Shown in pieces: positions 25,099 to 32,826 of a stretch of DNA of 32,826 nt. The notes beneath the pieces are model-generated. The model was not told the origin of the DNA and ran no database searches. It saw nothing but the letters and a program-made list of their open reading frames with translations. Both the position numbers and the translations under genes were made by a program. Position 1 is the stretch's first letter. Each line of letters starts with the position of its first letter. Source of the DNA: a virus (Duplodnaviria > Caudoviricetes); the IMG/VR virus record IMGVR_UViG_3300022697_000096, positions 1 to 32,826 of that record; one strand, written 5' to 3'.

Positions 25099-25247
25099 AC
25101 AATTCCGACCTGCCTAGATCACGTGTGCTCGCTCTCCTATTCGGGTCTGAAGAGGCGTTGATCGAGGCGGCTAGGCAAGAGCCGTGGGCGGCCCTGGAGT
25201 ATGCCGCTGACAAGCTGACTGATGTGATTAACAGGGGTGGGCAATGA
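25095..25247 (+). CDS. Small hypothetical protein (50 aa; not in ORF track)
   Basis: GAGGTG RBS and ATGA overlaps at both ends. MNNSDLPRSRVLALLFGSEEALIEAARQEPWAALEYAADKLTDVINRGGQ. Confidence 0.6.
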   Translation: MNNSDLPRSRVLALLFGSEEALIEAARQEPWAALEYAADKLTDVINRGGQ

Positions 25248-25348
25248 AAGAGCACTGGCTATCGATTGTGCTTGCTTTGGTGGGCGTGGTCCTGTGCTGG
25301 CTGGGCATCTACCAAACGATACGCGGCAAAAGGAATCAGTCACCATGA
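25244..25348 (+). CDS. Small membrane peptide (34 aa; not in ORF track)
   Basis: ATGA overlaps at both ends. MKEHWLSIVLALVGVVLCWLGIYQTIRGKRNQSP. Confidence 0.6.
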   Translation: MKEHWLSIVLALVGVVLCWLGIYQTIRGKRNQSP

Positions 25349-25626
25349 AAACCGGACGCAACGCAGACGGCGACAGCTACGAGATACGGTGCGGCAACCC
25401 CGATTGCACGTGCCACGGGCTAGGCGGTGTCGGGCTGTTTCCGGGGAGGCCCGATACCCCCTTGGTCGTGCTGGGCAGCGGGTCGTACGCCACGGAGATC
25501 CGTCCATCTGACTTAGCACATCGTTCTTCCTTCGTTACCCCTGCGCGGTCTGTTGAGCGACGGGCCGCGCAGATTTTAACCACCCCCGGAAGCACCGCAA
25601 CCCCCGGAGCGGAGGCAACGCAATGA
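25345..25626 (+). CDS. Hypothetical protein with Cys/His cluster
   Basis: AAGGA RBS, ATGA overlaps, CGNPDCTCH. Confidence 0.55.
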   Translation: MKTGRNADGDSYEIRCGNPDCTCHGLGGVGLFPGRPDTPLVVLGSGSYATEIRPSDLAHRSSFVTPARSVERRAAQILTTPGSTATPGAEATQ

Positions 25627-26309
25627 CACTTGCACCGGCTACAGCCCCACCCCCGTCTCCCCTCTCACCCCCGGAATCACCACAAACCCAACCAGATACC
25701 GGCATTGATCAGGCGATGCACCGGGTGGTCAACGAACTGCTGAACCCCCGCTACGACACGGTGGATGAGTGTCGTGACGCCATCAAGAAGATAGGCGGCA
25801 GCATCCCGATGGAGCTTGATTACCGGGAGATGGATTGGGTGCGGCTCCTGGGCATCATCCACTGTGACCACCCCGACTCTAGCGATTTTGACGAGTACAG
25901 CGACGACAAGCCACGCGACCGTCAAGACGTGATCGAGGAAATCGATCGCCAGATCGACAACAAAATGATCGACGGGTTGGATGCATGGAACGCTGCGGTG
26001 AAGCAGGCCCACGAGGAGAATATCGGAAGGTACCCGCATGACGTTATAGAGGTGGTTATCAACGTCGATCTACATACGCAGTACGAAAAAGATGTGCTCA
26101 AGTTCTACTTCTGCCCACCGGACCTAAAGCGGGTAGAGCACCTTTATTATCCAAGGGGGGGGGTAGTCCCAAACCGGGTCGTCCTGCCACCAGACCTAGC
26201 ACAAAAAGTCTGCGACCTGTTATTCACGCCGGGACACGAATTGGTGGTCCAGTTTACACCCCCGGATAGCCCAGAAGAAATCAAGAAGATATTAGAGGGT
26301 GGCGATTAG
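25623..26309 (+). CDS. Hypothetical acidic protein
   Basis: GGAGG RBS, ATGA overlap. Confidence 0.7.
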   Translation: MTLAPATAPPPSPLSPPESPQTQPDTGIDQAMHRVVNELLNPRYDTVDECRDAIKKIGGSIPMELDYREMDWVRLLGIIHCDHPDSSDFDEYSDDKPRDRQDVIEEIDRQIDNKMIDGLDAWNAAVKQAHEENIGRYPHDVIEVVINVDLHTQYEKDVLKFYFCPPDLKRVEHLYYPRGGVVPNRVVLPPDLAQKVCDLLFTPGHELVVQFTPPDSPEEIKKILEGGD

Positions 26310-26310
26310 C

Positions 26311-27234
26311 ATGACCCTCACCGCCCACCAGCAAGCCATCCGTTCCAAGCACCTGACGGCCAGCGAGGCGCCGATCCTGTTTGGCCACGGCTACGGGCTG
26401 ACCCCAGCCGACCTGGCACTGTTCAAGCGTGACATCCTGCCAAGTCCCGAGGTTGATTCAGAAGCCGCTGACCTGGGGGTGATGATGGAGCCGGGTATAA
26501 GGAAGTGGGCCATTGACGAGCTTGGCTTGATCGACATGACCAGCAACGTTTTAGCGGTTGAATCCGACGGTCCCCTGTCGTGCACCTACGACTGTATCCA
26601 GCGAAGCAAGCACCCACGTGTAGCACTTGAGGTCAAGACCTCCGGGATCAATAACCCCATGGCCAAGGGCGAGCAGTGGGGCGACGACGGGACCGACCAG
26701 GTACCCGACCGTGTGCTGATCCAGGTAGCGGTACAGATGCACGTGCGGCCCAGCATCCAGACGATTTACGTCCCGGCTGTCATTGGCGGTGTGGGTAGGC
26801 GGATGTACGCCATCAACCGCCAGCAGGCCAACAGCCTGATCCGCTATGTCGTTGATAGATGCACCACCTGGTGGGACCGCCACATCGTCCGTGGCGAGCC
26901 GGTGGAAGGCAGCATCCCCAGCCACGACACAATGATGAGGCTGCCTCGCGACGAGGGCAAGACGGTGGATATCGACCCGGTGCTGCTGCTGGGGTGGCAG
27001 CGGGCTACGCAAGAACGCAAGCGGTGGGAGGGCATTGAGGAGGCGGCCAAGGATAGGGTCATCAACGCGATGGGCGATGCGGGCATCGGCGACTGCGGTG
27101 CCGGTGGCAAGGTCCGCTGGCCGCTGTACCACCGCAAGAGCCTAGACACCACACGGTTCAAGAAAGAGCAACCAGAGTTAGCCGCTCAATACACCAAAGA
27201 ATCAAGCTACCGGGTGCTGCGGCACAAAGCGTAA
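26311..27234 (+). CDS. YqaJ-like (lambda Exo family) recombination exonuclease
   Basis: R...LTASE..I.G, G...EP, SCTYD, LEVKT, W...VP....QV..QM. Alternative GTG start at 26299. Confidence 0.88.
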   Translation: MTLTAHQQAIRSKHLTASEAPILFGHGYGLTPADLALFKRDILPSPEVDSEAADLGVMMEPGIRKWAIDELGLIDMTSNVLAVESDGPLSCTYDCIQRSKHPRVALEVKTSGINNPMAKGEQWGDDGTDQVPDRVLIQVAVQMHVRPSIQTIYVPAVIGGVGRRMYAINRQQANSLIRYVVDRCTTWWDRHIVRGEPVEGSIPSHDTMMRLPRDEGKTVDIDPVLLLGWQRATQERKRWEGIEEAAKDRVINAMGDAGIGDCGAGGKVRWPLYHRKSLDTTRFKKEQPELAAQYTKESSYRVLRHKA

Positions 27235-27245
27235 GGAGCAGGATC

Positions 27246-28280
27246 GTGACAACATTAGATAAACCATCAATCCAGATCGATAGGGAAGTCAACCGGGGAG
27301 AGTCCGATTTCGCCGAGTTGGCCAGCAAGCCGGTCAATCAGGCGTTTGCGATCGATACGCGCGACGACCTCAAGGCGTGGGCAACGATGATATCTCGGTC
27401 TGGTATGGCGCCTAAAGGCATGGAGACGCCCGAGAAAATAATGGTCGCGATGGCAATGGCCGACCAGCTTGGGATGCCGCATTTTCTGGCCATCCAAAAG
27501 ATGGCTGTCATCAACGGAAGGGCATCGCTACCGGGATCATTAGCTTTGGCTTTGGTCCGAAGGAGCGGCAAACTTTCTGCGATCGAGTGGGGATATGAGG
27601 GTACAGAGGGTAAAGACGATTGGGCGTGCTGGGTTGAATCAAAACGCACCGACCAGCCTTTGCCCGTACGGACTGTGTGGAGTGTGGCAGACGCCAAGAA
27701 GGCTGGGCTGTGGGGCAAGACGGGGCCATGGTCGCAGTACACCAAACGGATGATGTTCTACAGGTCGCTGGGCTTCAACCTGGATGAGAATTTCTCCGAC
27801 GTGCTGTTTGGTCTTGTGGTTTCCGAGGTAGCCCCTGATTACCCGGATATATCACAAGGTGACCGTTATGATTCCCGCACGCCATTTGACGCAGCCAAGA
27901 TCGACGCGGCCAAAGGCGTCGAAGGATTAACCAAACGTTTAAAGCAGCAAGGTGGCGGGGCCGGTGGAGAAATCCACCCGGAAACACCAGGACAACAGCC
28001 CCCGGAAACACCAGGACAACAGCCCCCGGAAACACCAGAACAGCAGGCCATCGACGCTGCGGACCTTACGGTGATGGACGCGTCCACCACCAACCTCATC
28101 ACGTTCGCCGCTGGGTGCTGGTCTGTGGACGAGAACGAGGCTCACGAACGCTTGCACGCCATCGCCGACGAGCGGTTCGGGAAGGAGGTGAAAGCATTAA
28201 CGCCGCAAGAGCGGATACAGATCAAGGGCCAGATCGCCAAGCCCGATCCGTTAATCAACAACAACCCCAACGAGGGGTGA
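27246..28280 (+). CDS. RecT/Bet-like single-strand annealing protein
   Basis: Follows YqaJ; SGMAPK, QLGM..F.AIQ.MAVINGR, DAKKAGLW.K.GPW.QY.KRM. Confidence 0.82.
   Translation: MTTLDKPSIQIDREVNRGESDFAELASKPVNQAFAIDTRDDLKAWATMISRSGMAPKGMETPEKIMVAMAMADQLGMPHFLAIQKMAVINGRASLPGSLALALVRRSGKLSAIEWGYEGTEGKDDWACWVESKRTDQPLPVRTVWSVADAKKAGLWGKTGPWSQYTKRMMFYRSLGFNLDENFSDVLFGLVVSEVAPDYPDISQGDRYDSRTPFDAAKIDAAKGVEGLTKRLKQQGGGAGGEIHPETPGQQPPETPGQQPPETPEQQAIDAADLTVMDASTTNLITFAAGCWSVDENEAHERLHAIADERFGKEVKALTPQERIQIKGQIAKPDPLINNNPNEG
27978..28046 (+). repeat. 24-bp in-frame tandem repeat (PETPGQQP, ~2.9 copies) in the SSAP linker
   Basis: CCGGAAACACCAGGACAACAGCCC occurs twice exactly, plus a degenerate third copy. 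Confidence 0.9.
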
Positions 28281-28337
28281 CCGCAACCGGCGTGAACGGG
28301 CTTGGATCAGGGACACATTCAACGGACTGAACACGCG

Positions 28338-29276
28338 ATGGATTACTGGATCAAGATGAGGATCGACCTCAGCAGAGACGCCAAAGTGATACTAATGACT
28401 GACCATCTTATGCGTGATGATAGCGAAATGGCGCGTTACGTTCACTGCGTAACGGAGTGTAACATGGGTATATCTCGCAACGTTATCCGCAACGCGATTG
28501 TGGGTGCGTTGGTGTCAATTTGGGGCCTTGCACGCAACCAAGGCAAGCGGTTTGGTGACGACCTAAAACTACAAAACGTTACGGCCCAGGCCCTGGACGA
28601 CTTCGCCGATCTGCCCGGGATTGGCGATGCAATGATTGGTTGCGGATGGGTAGTTGAGTCGGACAATACGCTTGTTTTCCCTAGGTTTTTTGAGATTCAC
28701 AACGAGGACATCAAGTCCACCGCCAAGCCCGGCAGGCAGAGACAAAAGGAATACCGTGACAGGAAGCGTAACGAAAACGTTACGCCGAAAGTGACGAATG
28801 TGACAGGTGTGACGGTAGATAGAGATAGAGATAGAGATAGAGATGTAACAGCCACCCCCCTACCCCCCGGTAACGGTGACGGTGATGATGCTGACCAAAG
28901 CCACGTCGACGTGGCGTCGGCATTGGCGGCGGCGGGGGTCAAGTCAAAAAAAACCAGGGACCGGATACTGGCGATGGACGGGATCACCGCGGCGGTGGTC
29001 CGCCGGGTGCACGGCAAGGCGTCCAGGGATTCAAAGCGGAAGAACGTCGCGTCTGTACCGGGTCTTGCTGCCACAATGCTCTTGGAGCGTGATTGGGGTG
29101 TAGACAAGATCGCCAACGCAGAGGTGGCTGTGGAGTTACAAAAATCAGGTTGCTGGACCAAGGTCAACGGGATCGACTGCGCGGGCAAAAAGATGACGTG
29201 GAATAGCGACGGTCTTATTGCCGACGGCGCAGTCGTTGTGCAATCCAGCGAGATCAAGAAGGCGGTGTTTGAGTGA
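28338..29276 (+). CDS. Phage replication initiator (replisome organiser)
   Basis: YWIKMRIDL...KV, GAL.SIW, RQRQKEYRDRK, low-complexity linker; directly upstream of DnaB. Confidence 0.75.
   Translation: MDYWIKMRIDLSRDAKVILMTDHLMRDDSEMARYVHCVTECNMGISRNVIRNAIVGALVSIWGLARNQGKRFGDDLKLQNVTAQALDDFADLPGIGDAMIGCGWVVESDNTLVFPRFFEIHNEDIKSTAKPGRQRQKEYRDRKRNENVTPKVTNVTGVTVDRDRDRDRDVTATPLPPGNGDGDDADQSHVDVASALAAAGVKSKKTRDRILAMDGITAAVVRRVHGKASRDSKRKNVASVPGLAATMLLERDWGVDKIANAEVAVELQKSGCWTKVNGIDCAGKKMTWNSDGLIADGAVVVQSSEIKKAVFE
28755..28885. repeat. Putative replication origin within the initiator gene
   Basis: Palindrome GCGTAACG-AAAA-CGTTACGC (28766-85); GTGAC at 28791, 28800, 28809; (AGATAG)n at about 28817-28844; further GT(A/G)AC copies. 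Confidence 0.55.
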
Positions 29277-30655
29277 TGACTAACCTTGCACCCACCCAAC
29301 GCGGCGAGCTATCCGGGAATAAGCCACCCCAAGACATCGAGGCCGAGTGCGCCTTGCTTGGATCGATGATCCTAGATCACCGCGTGATCGTCGATGTGCA
29401 AGCAATCATCGGCGGACCCCAAGACTTCTACAAGTCCATCCATGGGGCGATCTACAAGCTGATTGTTCAGATGCACGATGCGGGCCAGGACGTGGATATG
29501 GTGATGGTCAACGGGAAGGCCAAAGACCTGGGCATACTCGAGCAGATCGGCGGCCTTGAATACCTGATCGAGCTAGCCGAGTCCGTCCCCTCGGCGTCGT
29601 CGGCTGCCTACTACGCACGCAGGGTGCGTGACAAATACACCCAGAGGTCGGTGATCGATCTGTGCGGCGCAACGCTGGAAAATGCCTACAACAGCAGCGA
29701 ACCGGTCGCCGACCTGGTGGAGCGGCTAGAGCGCGACGTGTTCGCGTTGGCCGGTACCGCAAACCACACCGATAGCGTCACCATCGGCGGGATTCTCCAG
29801 CAGACCTACGACGACATCGCCAACGCCACCGGAGTCTTCGCCGACGGGTTGAAGTCCGGGTTTTACGACCTTGACGGCCTGACCGGTGGTTTCAGGTCCG
29901 GTGAATTAACCATTATCGCGGCGCGCCCCAGCATGGGCAAGACCGCCCTGGCGTTAAATATCGCCGCGGCGGTGGGCTTGTCCGGGACACCCGTGGTGTT
30001 CTACTCACTTGAGATGAGCAGGCAGATGCTGGCGATGCGGATGCTGTGCTCTGGGGCTCGTGTGGCGTCTGGCAGGATGTCCAAGAACATGCTGTCTTCC
30101 GATGAATTTGACTCGCTAAGCGGCCACGTCGGTCGCCTGCAAGCGTCTGGCCTGATGGTCGATGACCAGCCCGGATTGTCCGTGTCGTTGCTTAGGAGCC
30201 GTTGCCGTCGGCTTGCTGACCGGTACGCAATAAAGGCGGTGTTCGTCGACTACCTACAGATCATGGCCACTAAAAACGCCGAGAACCGCAACCTTCAGGT
30301 GGCAGAGATGACCGCCGGGTTAAAGGCTTTGGCGATTGAGCTAAGCGTCCCGGTGATCTGCTTGAGCCAGCTCAACAGGTCAATGGCTTCTCGTGAGGAC
30401 AAGACGCCCCGGCTAAGCGACCTGCGCGACTCGGGATCAATAGAACAGGACGCCGACGTGGTACTGATGCTCCACCGCGAGGATTACTATCACATGGGCG
30501 ACCACAACTACTCACCGTCGCATACAGCTGACCTGTTCGTACGCAAGAACCGTAACGGCCCCACCGGTGTGGTGAAGCTGGTGTTCTCGCCAGAGTTTAC
30601 GCGGTTCGACAACATGGCCGTGGGCTACGACCGGGGATTGGGGGTAGGGCAATGA
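29276..30655 (+). CDS. dnaB: Replicative DNA helicase DnaB (phage-encoded)
   Basis: PPQDIEAE..LLG, AARPSMGKT, SLEMS, VDYLQ, LSQLNR, SDLRDSGSIEQDAD, KNRNGPTG. Confidence 0.97.
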   Translation: MTNLAPTQRGELSGNKPPQDIEAECALLGSMILDHRVIVDVQAIIGGPQDFYKSIHGAIYKLIVQMHDAGQDVDMVMVNGKAKDLGILEQIGGLEYLIELAESVPSASSAAYYARRVRDKYTQRSVIDLCGATLENAYNSSEPVADLVERLERDVFALAGTANHTDSVTIGGILQQTYDDIANATGVFADGLKSGFYDLDGLTGGFRSGELTIIAARPSMGKTALALNIAAAVGLSGTPVVFYSLEMSRQMLAMRMLCSGARVASGRMSKNMLSSDEFDSLSGHVGRLQASGLMVDDQPGLSVSLLRSRCRRLADRYAIKAVFVDYLQIMATKNAENRNLQVAEMTAGLKALAIELSVPVICLSQLNRSMASREDKTPRLSDLRDSGSIEQDADVVLMLHREDYYHMGDHNYSPSHTADLFVRKNRNGPTGVVKLVFSPEFTRFDNMAVGYDRGLGVGQ

Positions 30656-31893
30656 CCTACAAGATACACCGGGGCGACGTAATCGATCAATTAGCTAAGA
30701 TGACAGAGAAATCGGTGCACTGCGTGGTTACCAGCCCGCCCTACTGGGGTCTTCGTGACTATCAAGTTGATGGGCAGATTGGTCTTGAGGCCACACCCAA
30801 ACTGTTCATCGACAAGATGGTCGGGGTGTTCCGCGTGGTGAAGCGGGTGTTGCGTGATGACGGTACGTGTTTTATTAACCTAGGAGATGTCTACGCACAC
30901 AATGGTCCATGCGGGGGAGGATCCCCGGTAGGTGACAGCAAAATGCGAGAAACAGACGCTAGCAAGCAAAGAGCGATGGGGTACAGGGTGCCCCAAGGGC
31001 TCAAGCCAAAAGACCTCTGCGGCATCCCCTGGCGTGTGGCCCTGGCCCTGCAAGCCGACGGTTGGTACCTCCGCCAAGATATCATCTGGCACAAGCCAAA
31101 CCCGATGCCCGAATCATGCACCGACCGCTGCACCAAGTCACACGAATACCTATTCCTGCTGACCAAAAAACCAAGGTATTACTACGACGCCCAGGCGATC
31201 AGAGAGCCGGCGGCGTATGCCGGTCAGCCACGCGGCGGGTCAACCAAGCGATACGAGCAGAACAACGCGGGTATGGACAACAGGGAGTACGCCACCCGGA
31301 ACAAGCGCAGCGTCTGGACGATCAACCCGCAGGGTTTTAAGGGCGCGCACTTTGCGACATTCCCCGAGAATCTGGTTGAGCCGTGTGTGCTGGCGGGCAC
31401 GTCGGCTAAGGGTTGCTGCCCCGAGTGCGGGTCGCCGTGGGAGAGGGTAACGGAAACATACAACACCGGGGCAACACAAAAGAAAGCCGATGGATGGGAT
31501 ACTGCACCCGGTGCCCACGGATCGATACACCGGGACGGTCGCAGCTGCGGTGATTGGGGCCAACCAGTTATGGGTAATAAAACCATCGTCTGGCAGCCAT
31601 CATGCGGATGTATGGAGCCGGTCAAATACACCGACGGGGAATACTCAAGGGACCTAGTAGAACCCGAACCCATCCCTTGCACCGTTCTTGACCCCTTCTC
31701 GGGATCGGGCACTACAATTCTCGTGGCCAACCGCCACGGCAGGGACGCGGTAGGAATTGAGCTAAACCAGAAGTACATCAAGCTAGCCCACCGGCGGATT
31801 AGCAAGGGGCTAAACCCAACCACCTACCGGGACGAATCACGGGACCACGATTCGGAGCTATTTACCACGGTGGGAAATACAAACCATGAATGA
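30652..31893 (+). CDS. Beta-class amino DNA methyltransferase (N4-C/N6-A) with Cys-rich insertion
   Basis: VTSPPY (motif IV) precedes VLDPFSGSGT (motif I); IIWHKPNPMPES, HFATFP; insertion CCPECG...WQPSCGC. Confidence 0.93.
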   Translation: MTYKIHRGDVIDQLAKMTEKSVHCVVTSPPYWGLRDYQVDGQIGLEATPKLFIDKMVGVFRVVKRVLRDDGTCFINLGDVYAHNGPCGGGSPVGDSKMRETDASKQRAMGYRVPQGLKPKDLCGIPWRVALALQADGWYLRQDIIWHKPNPMPESCTDRCTKSHEYLFLLTKKPRYYYDAQAIREPAAYAGQPRGGSTKRYEQNNAGMDNREYATRNKRSVWTINPQGFKGAHFATFPENLVEPCVLAGTSAKGCCPECGSPWERVTETYNTGATQKKADGWDTAPGAHGSIHRDGRSCGDWGQPVMGNKTIVWQPSCGCMEPVKYTDGEYSRDLVEPEPIPCTVLDPFSGSGTTILVANRHGRDAVGIELNQKYIKLAHRRISKGLNPTTYRDESRDHDSELFTTVGNTNHE

Positions 31894-31973
31894 CCTAGAC
31901 CAACTAGCGCACCCGCTGTGGATGAAGCACTAGACGACACTGACGGCGGGGTGCAGACGGGACAACCAATACG

Positions 31974-32426
31974 ATGAAGAAGCTACCGATTAAATACAAA
32001 GAAGGACTTAAGTACCAGATAGTTGATCGCGTGGACTGCATGACCAATATACGGCCTACAGAAGACGCGACAATTATCGGATGGGTCAGCTTAAAGACAA
32101 ATGGCCATCTGGTCATTTCTCCGGGTTATGCATGGGATGGTGCAACAGGTGTTCGTGACACAGTGACAATACTCCCATCATCCCTCGTACATGATGCCTT
32201 ATATCAATTAATGAGGTCTGGGTTGTTGGACATCTCAAATCGCCAGAAAGCGGATGAGTTGTTTTATCAAATGTGCCTTAAATGCGAACCTCAAAAAGGC
32301 AGGTTCCTAGCGATCAGAAAAAAGGCACACAGGATCAGGTGCTGGTATTTGTACAGAGGCGTGCAACGATTCGGAGGCAAGGCAGCAAAACCCAGCGGCA
32401 GCAGACCAACGCTCACAGCGCCATAA
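31974..32426 (+). CDS. DUF1353-like protein
   Basis: GYAWDGAT...SLVHDALYQ...RQKADELF...YRGVQRFG. Confidence 0.7.
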   Translation: MKKLPIKYKEGLKYQIVDRVDCMTNIRPTEDATIIGWVSLKTNGHLVISPGYAWDGATGVRDTVTILPSSLVHDALYQLMRSGLLDISNRQKADELFYQMCLKCEPQKGRFLAIRKKAHRIRCWYLYRGVQRFGGKAAKPSGSRPTLTAP

Positions 32427-32436
32427 AGGACAGATA

Positions 32437-32748
32437 ATGCAACCTGAAATCAGCAAGCTAAACGATGCAGAAAAAGCCTTTCATTGGATTCCCGTGTTCC
32501 AGCTTCCTGAATTGTTGCCGTGGCGTCCGTTCAACTGGCGAAACTTTGAGGCCCTCTGCCTTGGTTTCGAGTACGGAATACACACAGGCAGGTATCTTGA
32601 GATCAGGGCTGTCTTCTTAGGGGTTGGCTTTCAGATCACAATAATTGACAGGCTAGAAAGGTCTGTGTTTATGGCCAAAATGGATCAGATTAAGGCCGAG
32701 TGCTTCGATGGATTGAGTGAACATCAAGATGAAGGGGGTGATGCTTAA
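32437..32748 (+). CDS. Hypothetical protein
   Basis: AAGGA RBS; in the operon. Confidence 0.65.
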   Translation: MQPEISKLNDAEKAFHWIPVFQLPELLPWRPFNWRNFEALCLGFEYGIHTGRYLEIRAVFLGVGFQITIIDRLERSVFMAKMDQIKAECFDGLSEHQDEGGDA

Positions 32749-32826
32749 TGGACTTCAGGAAAAACGGAGTAGGTATGTAACTAGCCGGGAATGGCCTAGG
32801 CGGTGCGCCAACGTAACGGCGTGTCG

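Larger units (their letters stand above)
1..32826. mobile_element. Tailed dsDNA phage genome or prophage segment (siphovirus-like, probably temperate)
   Basis: Continuous phage gene order: terminase, portal, protease, MCP, neck, tail, TMP, then a divergent switch, recombination and replication genes. No host housekeeping genes. Boundaries and att sites are not in view. Confidence 0.95.

Noticed and set aside
27978-28046. 24-bp direct repeats as a possible CRISPR array
   Set aside because: Head-to-tail with no spacers, in frame within a Pro/Gln linker, and no cas genes.
30622-30649. G-tract cluster at the dnaB/MTase junction as a G-quadruplex
   Set aside because: Explained by Gly codons and the RBS of the next gene; no independent support.
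29276-30655. dnaB as a host gene marking the prophage edge, or containing an intein
   Set aside because: It is coupled to the phage initiator and MTase by overlapping start/stop codons, and has normal length with no insertion.

Overview
The whole window is a large part of one tailed dsDNA phage genome or prophage (HK97-fold head, short non-contractile tail). No host genes, rRNA, tRNA or CRISPR array were seen. From left to right on the + strand: putative accessory virion genes (SGNH hydrolase, LamG-like), terminase, a portal-gpF fusion, prohead protease, major capsid, neck and tail genes with a -1 frameshifted tail chaperone, a short tape measure, tail-tip proteins, and three membrane proteins at the lysis position with no recognisable endolysin. 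A - strand immunity/accessory operon follows (HsdR-N-like nuclease, zinc-ribbon membrane protein, Imm/DUF3302-like protein, repressor), then an AT-rich divergent switch. The + strand early operon carries a Cro-position gene, a CII-like gene, YqaJ/RecT recombination genes, a replication initiator, DnaB and a DNA methyltransferase. Four observations stand out. (1) Three small single-TM genes, each with its own Shine-Dalgarno site, are overprinted in the +1 frame inside the portal-gpF linker. (2) A promoter and ~170-nt leader upstream of the capsid gene carries a repeated internal-loop motif and two mutually exclusive folds. (3) The lysis/lysogeny switch appears to use two ribbon-helix-helix-like proteins flanking a symmetric 3+3 array of GAATA boxes at 11-bp spacing. 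(4) The CII-position HTH protein contains an EF-hand-type Ca-binding loop. A Planctomycetota/Phycisphaerae host is only a tentative impression. All family calls are by eye from motifs and gene order; no database search was run.
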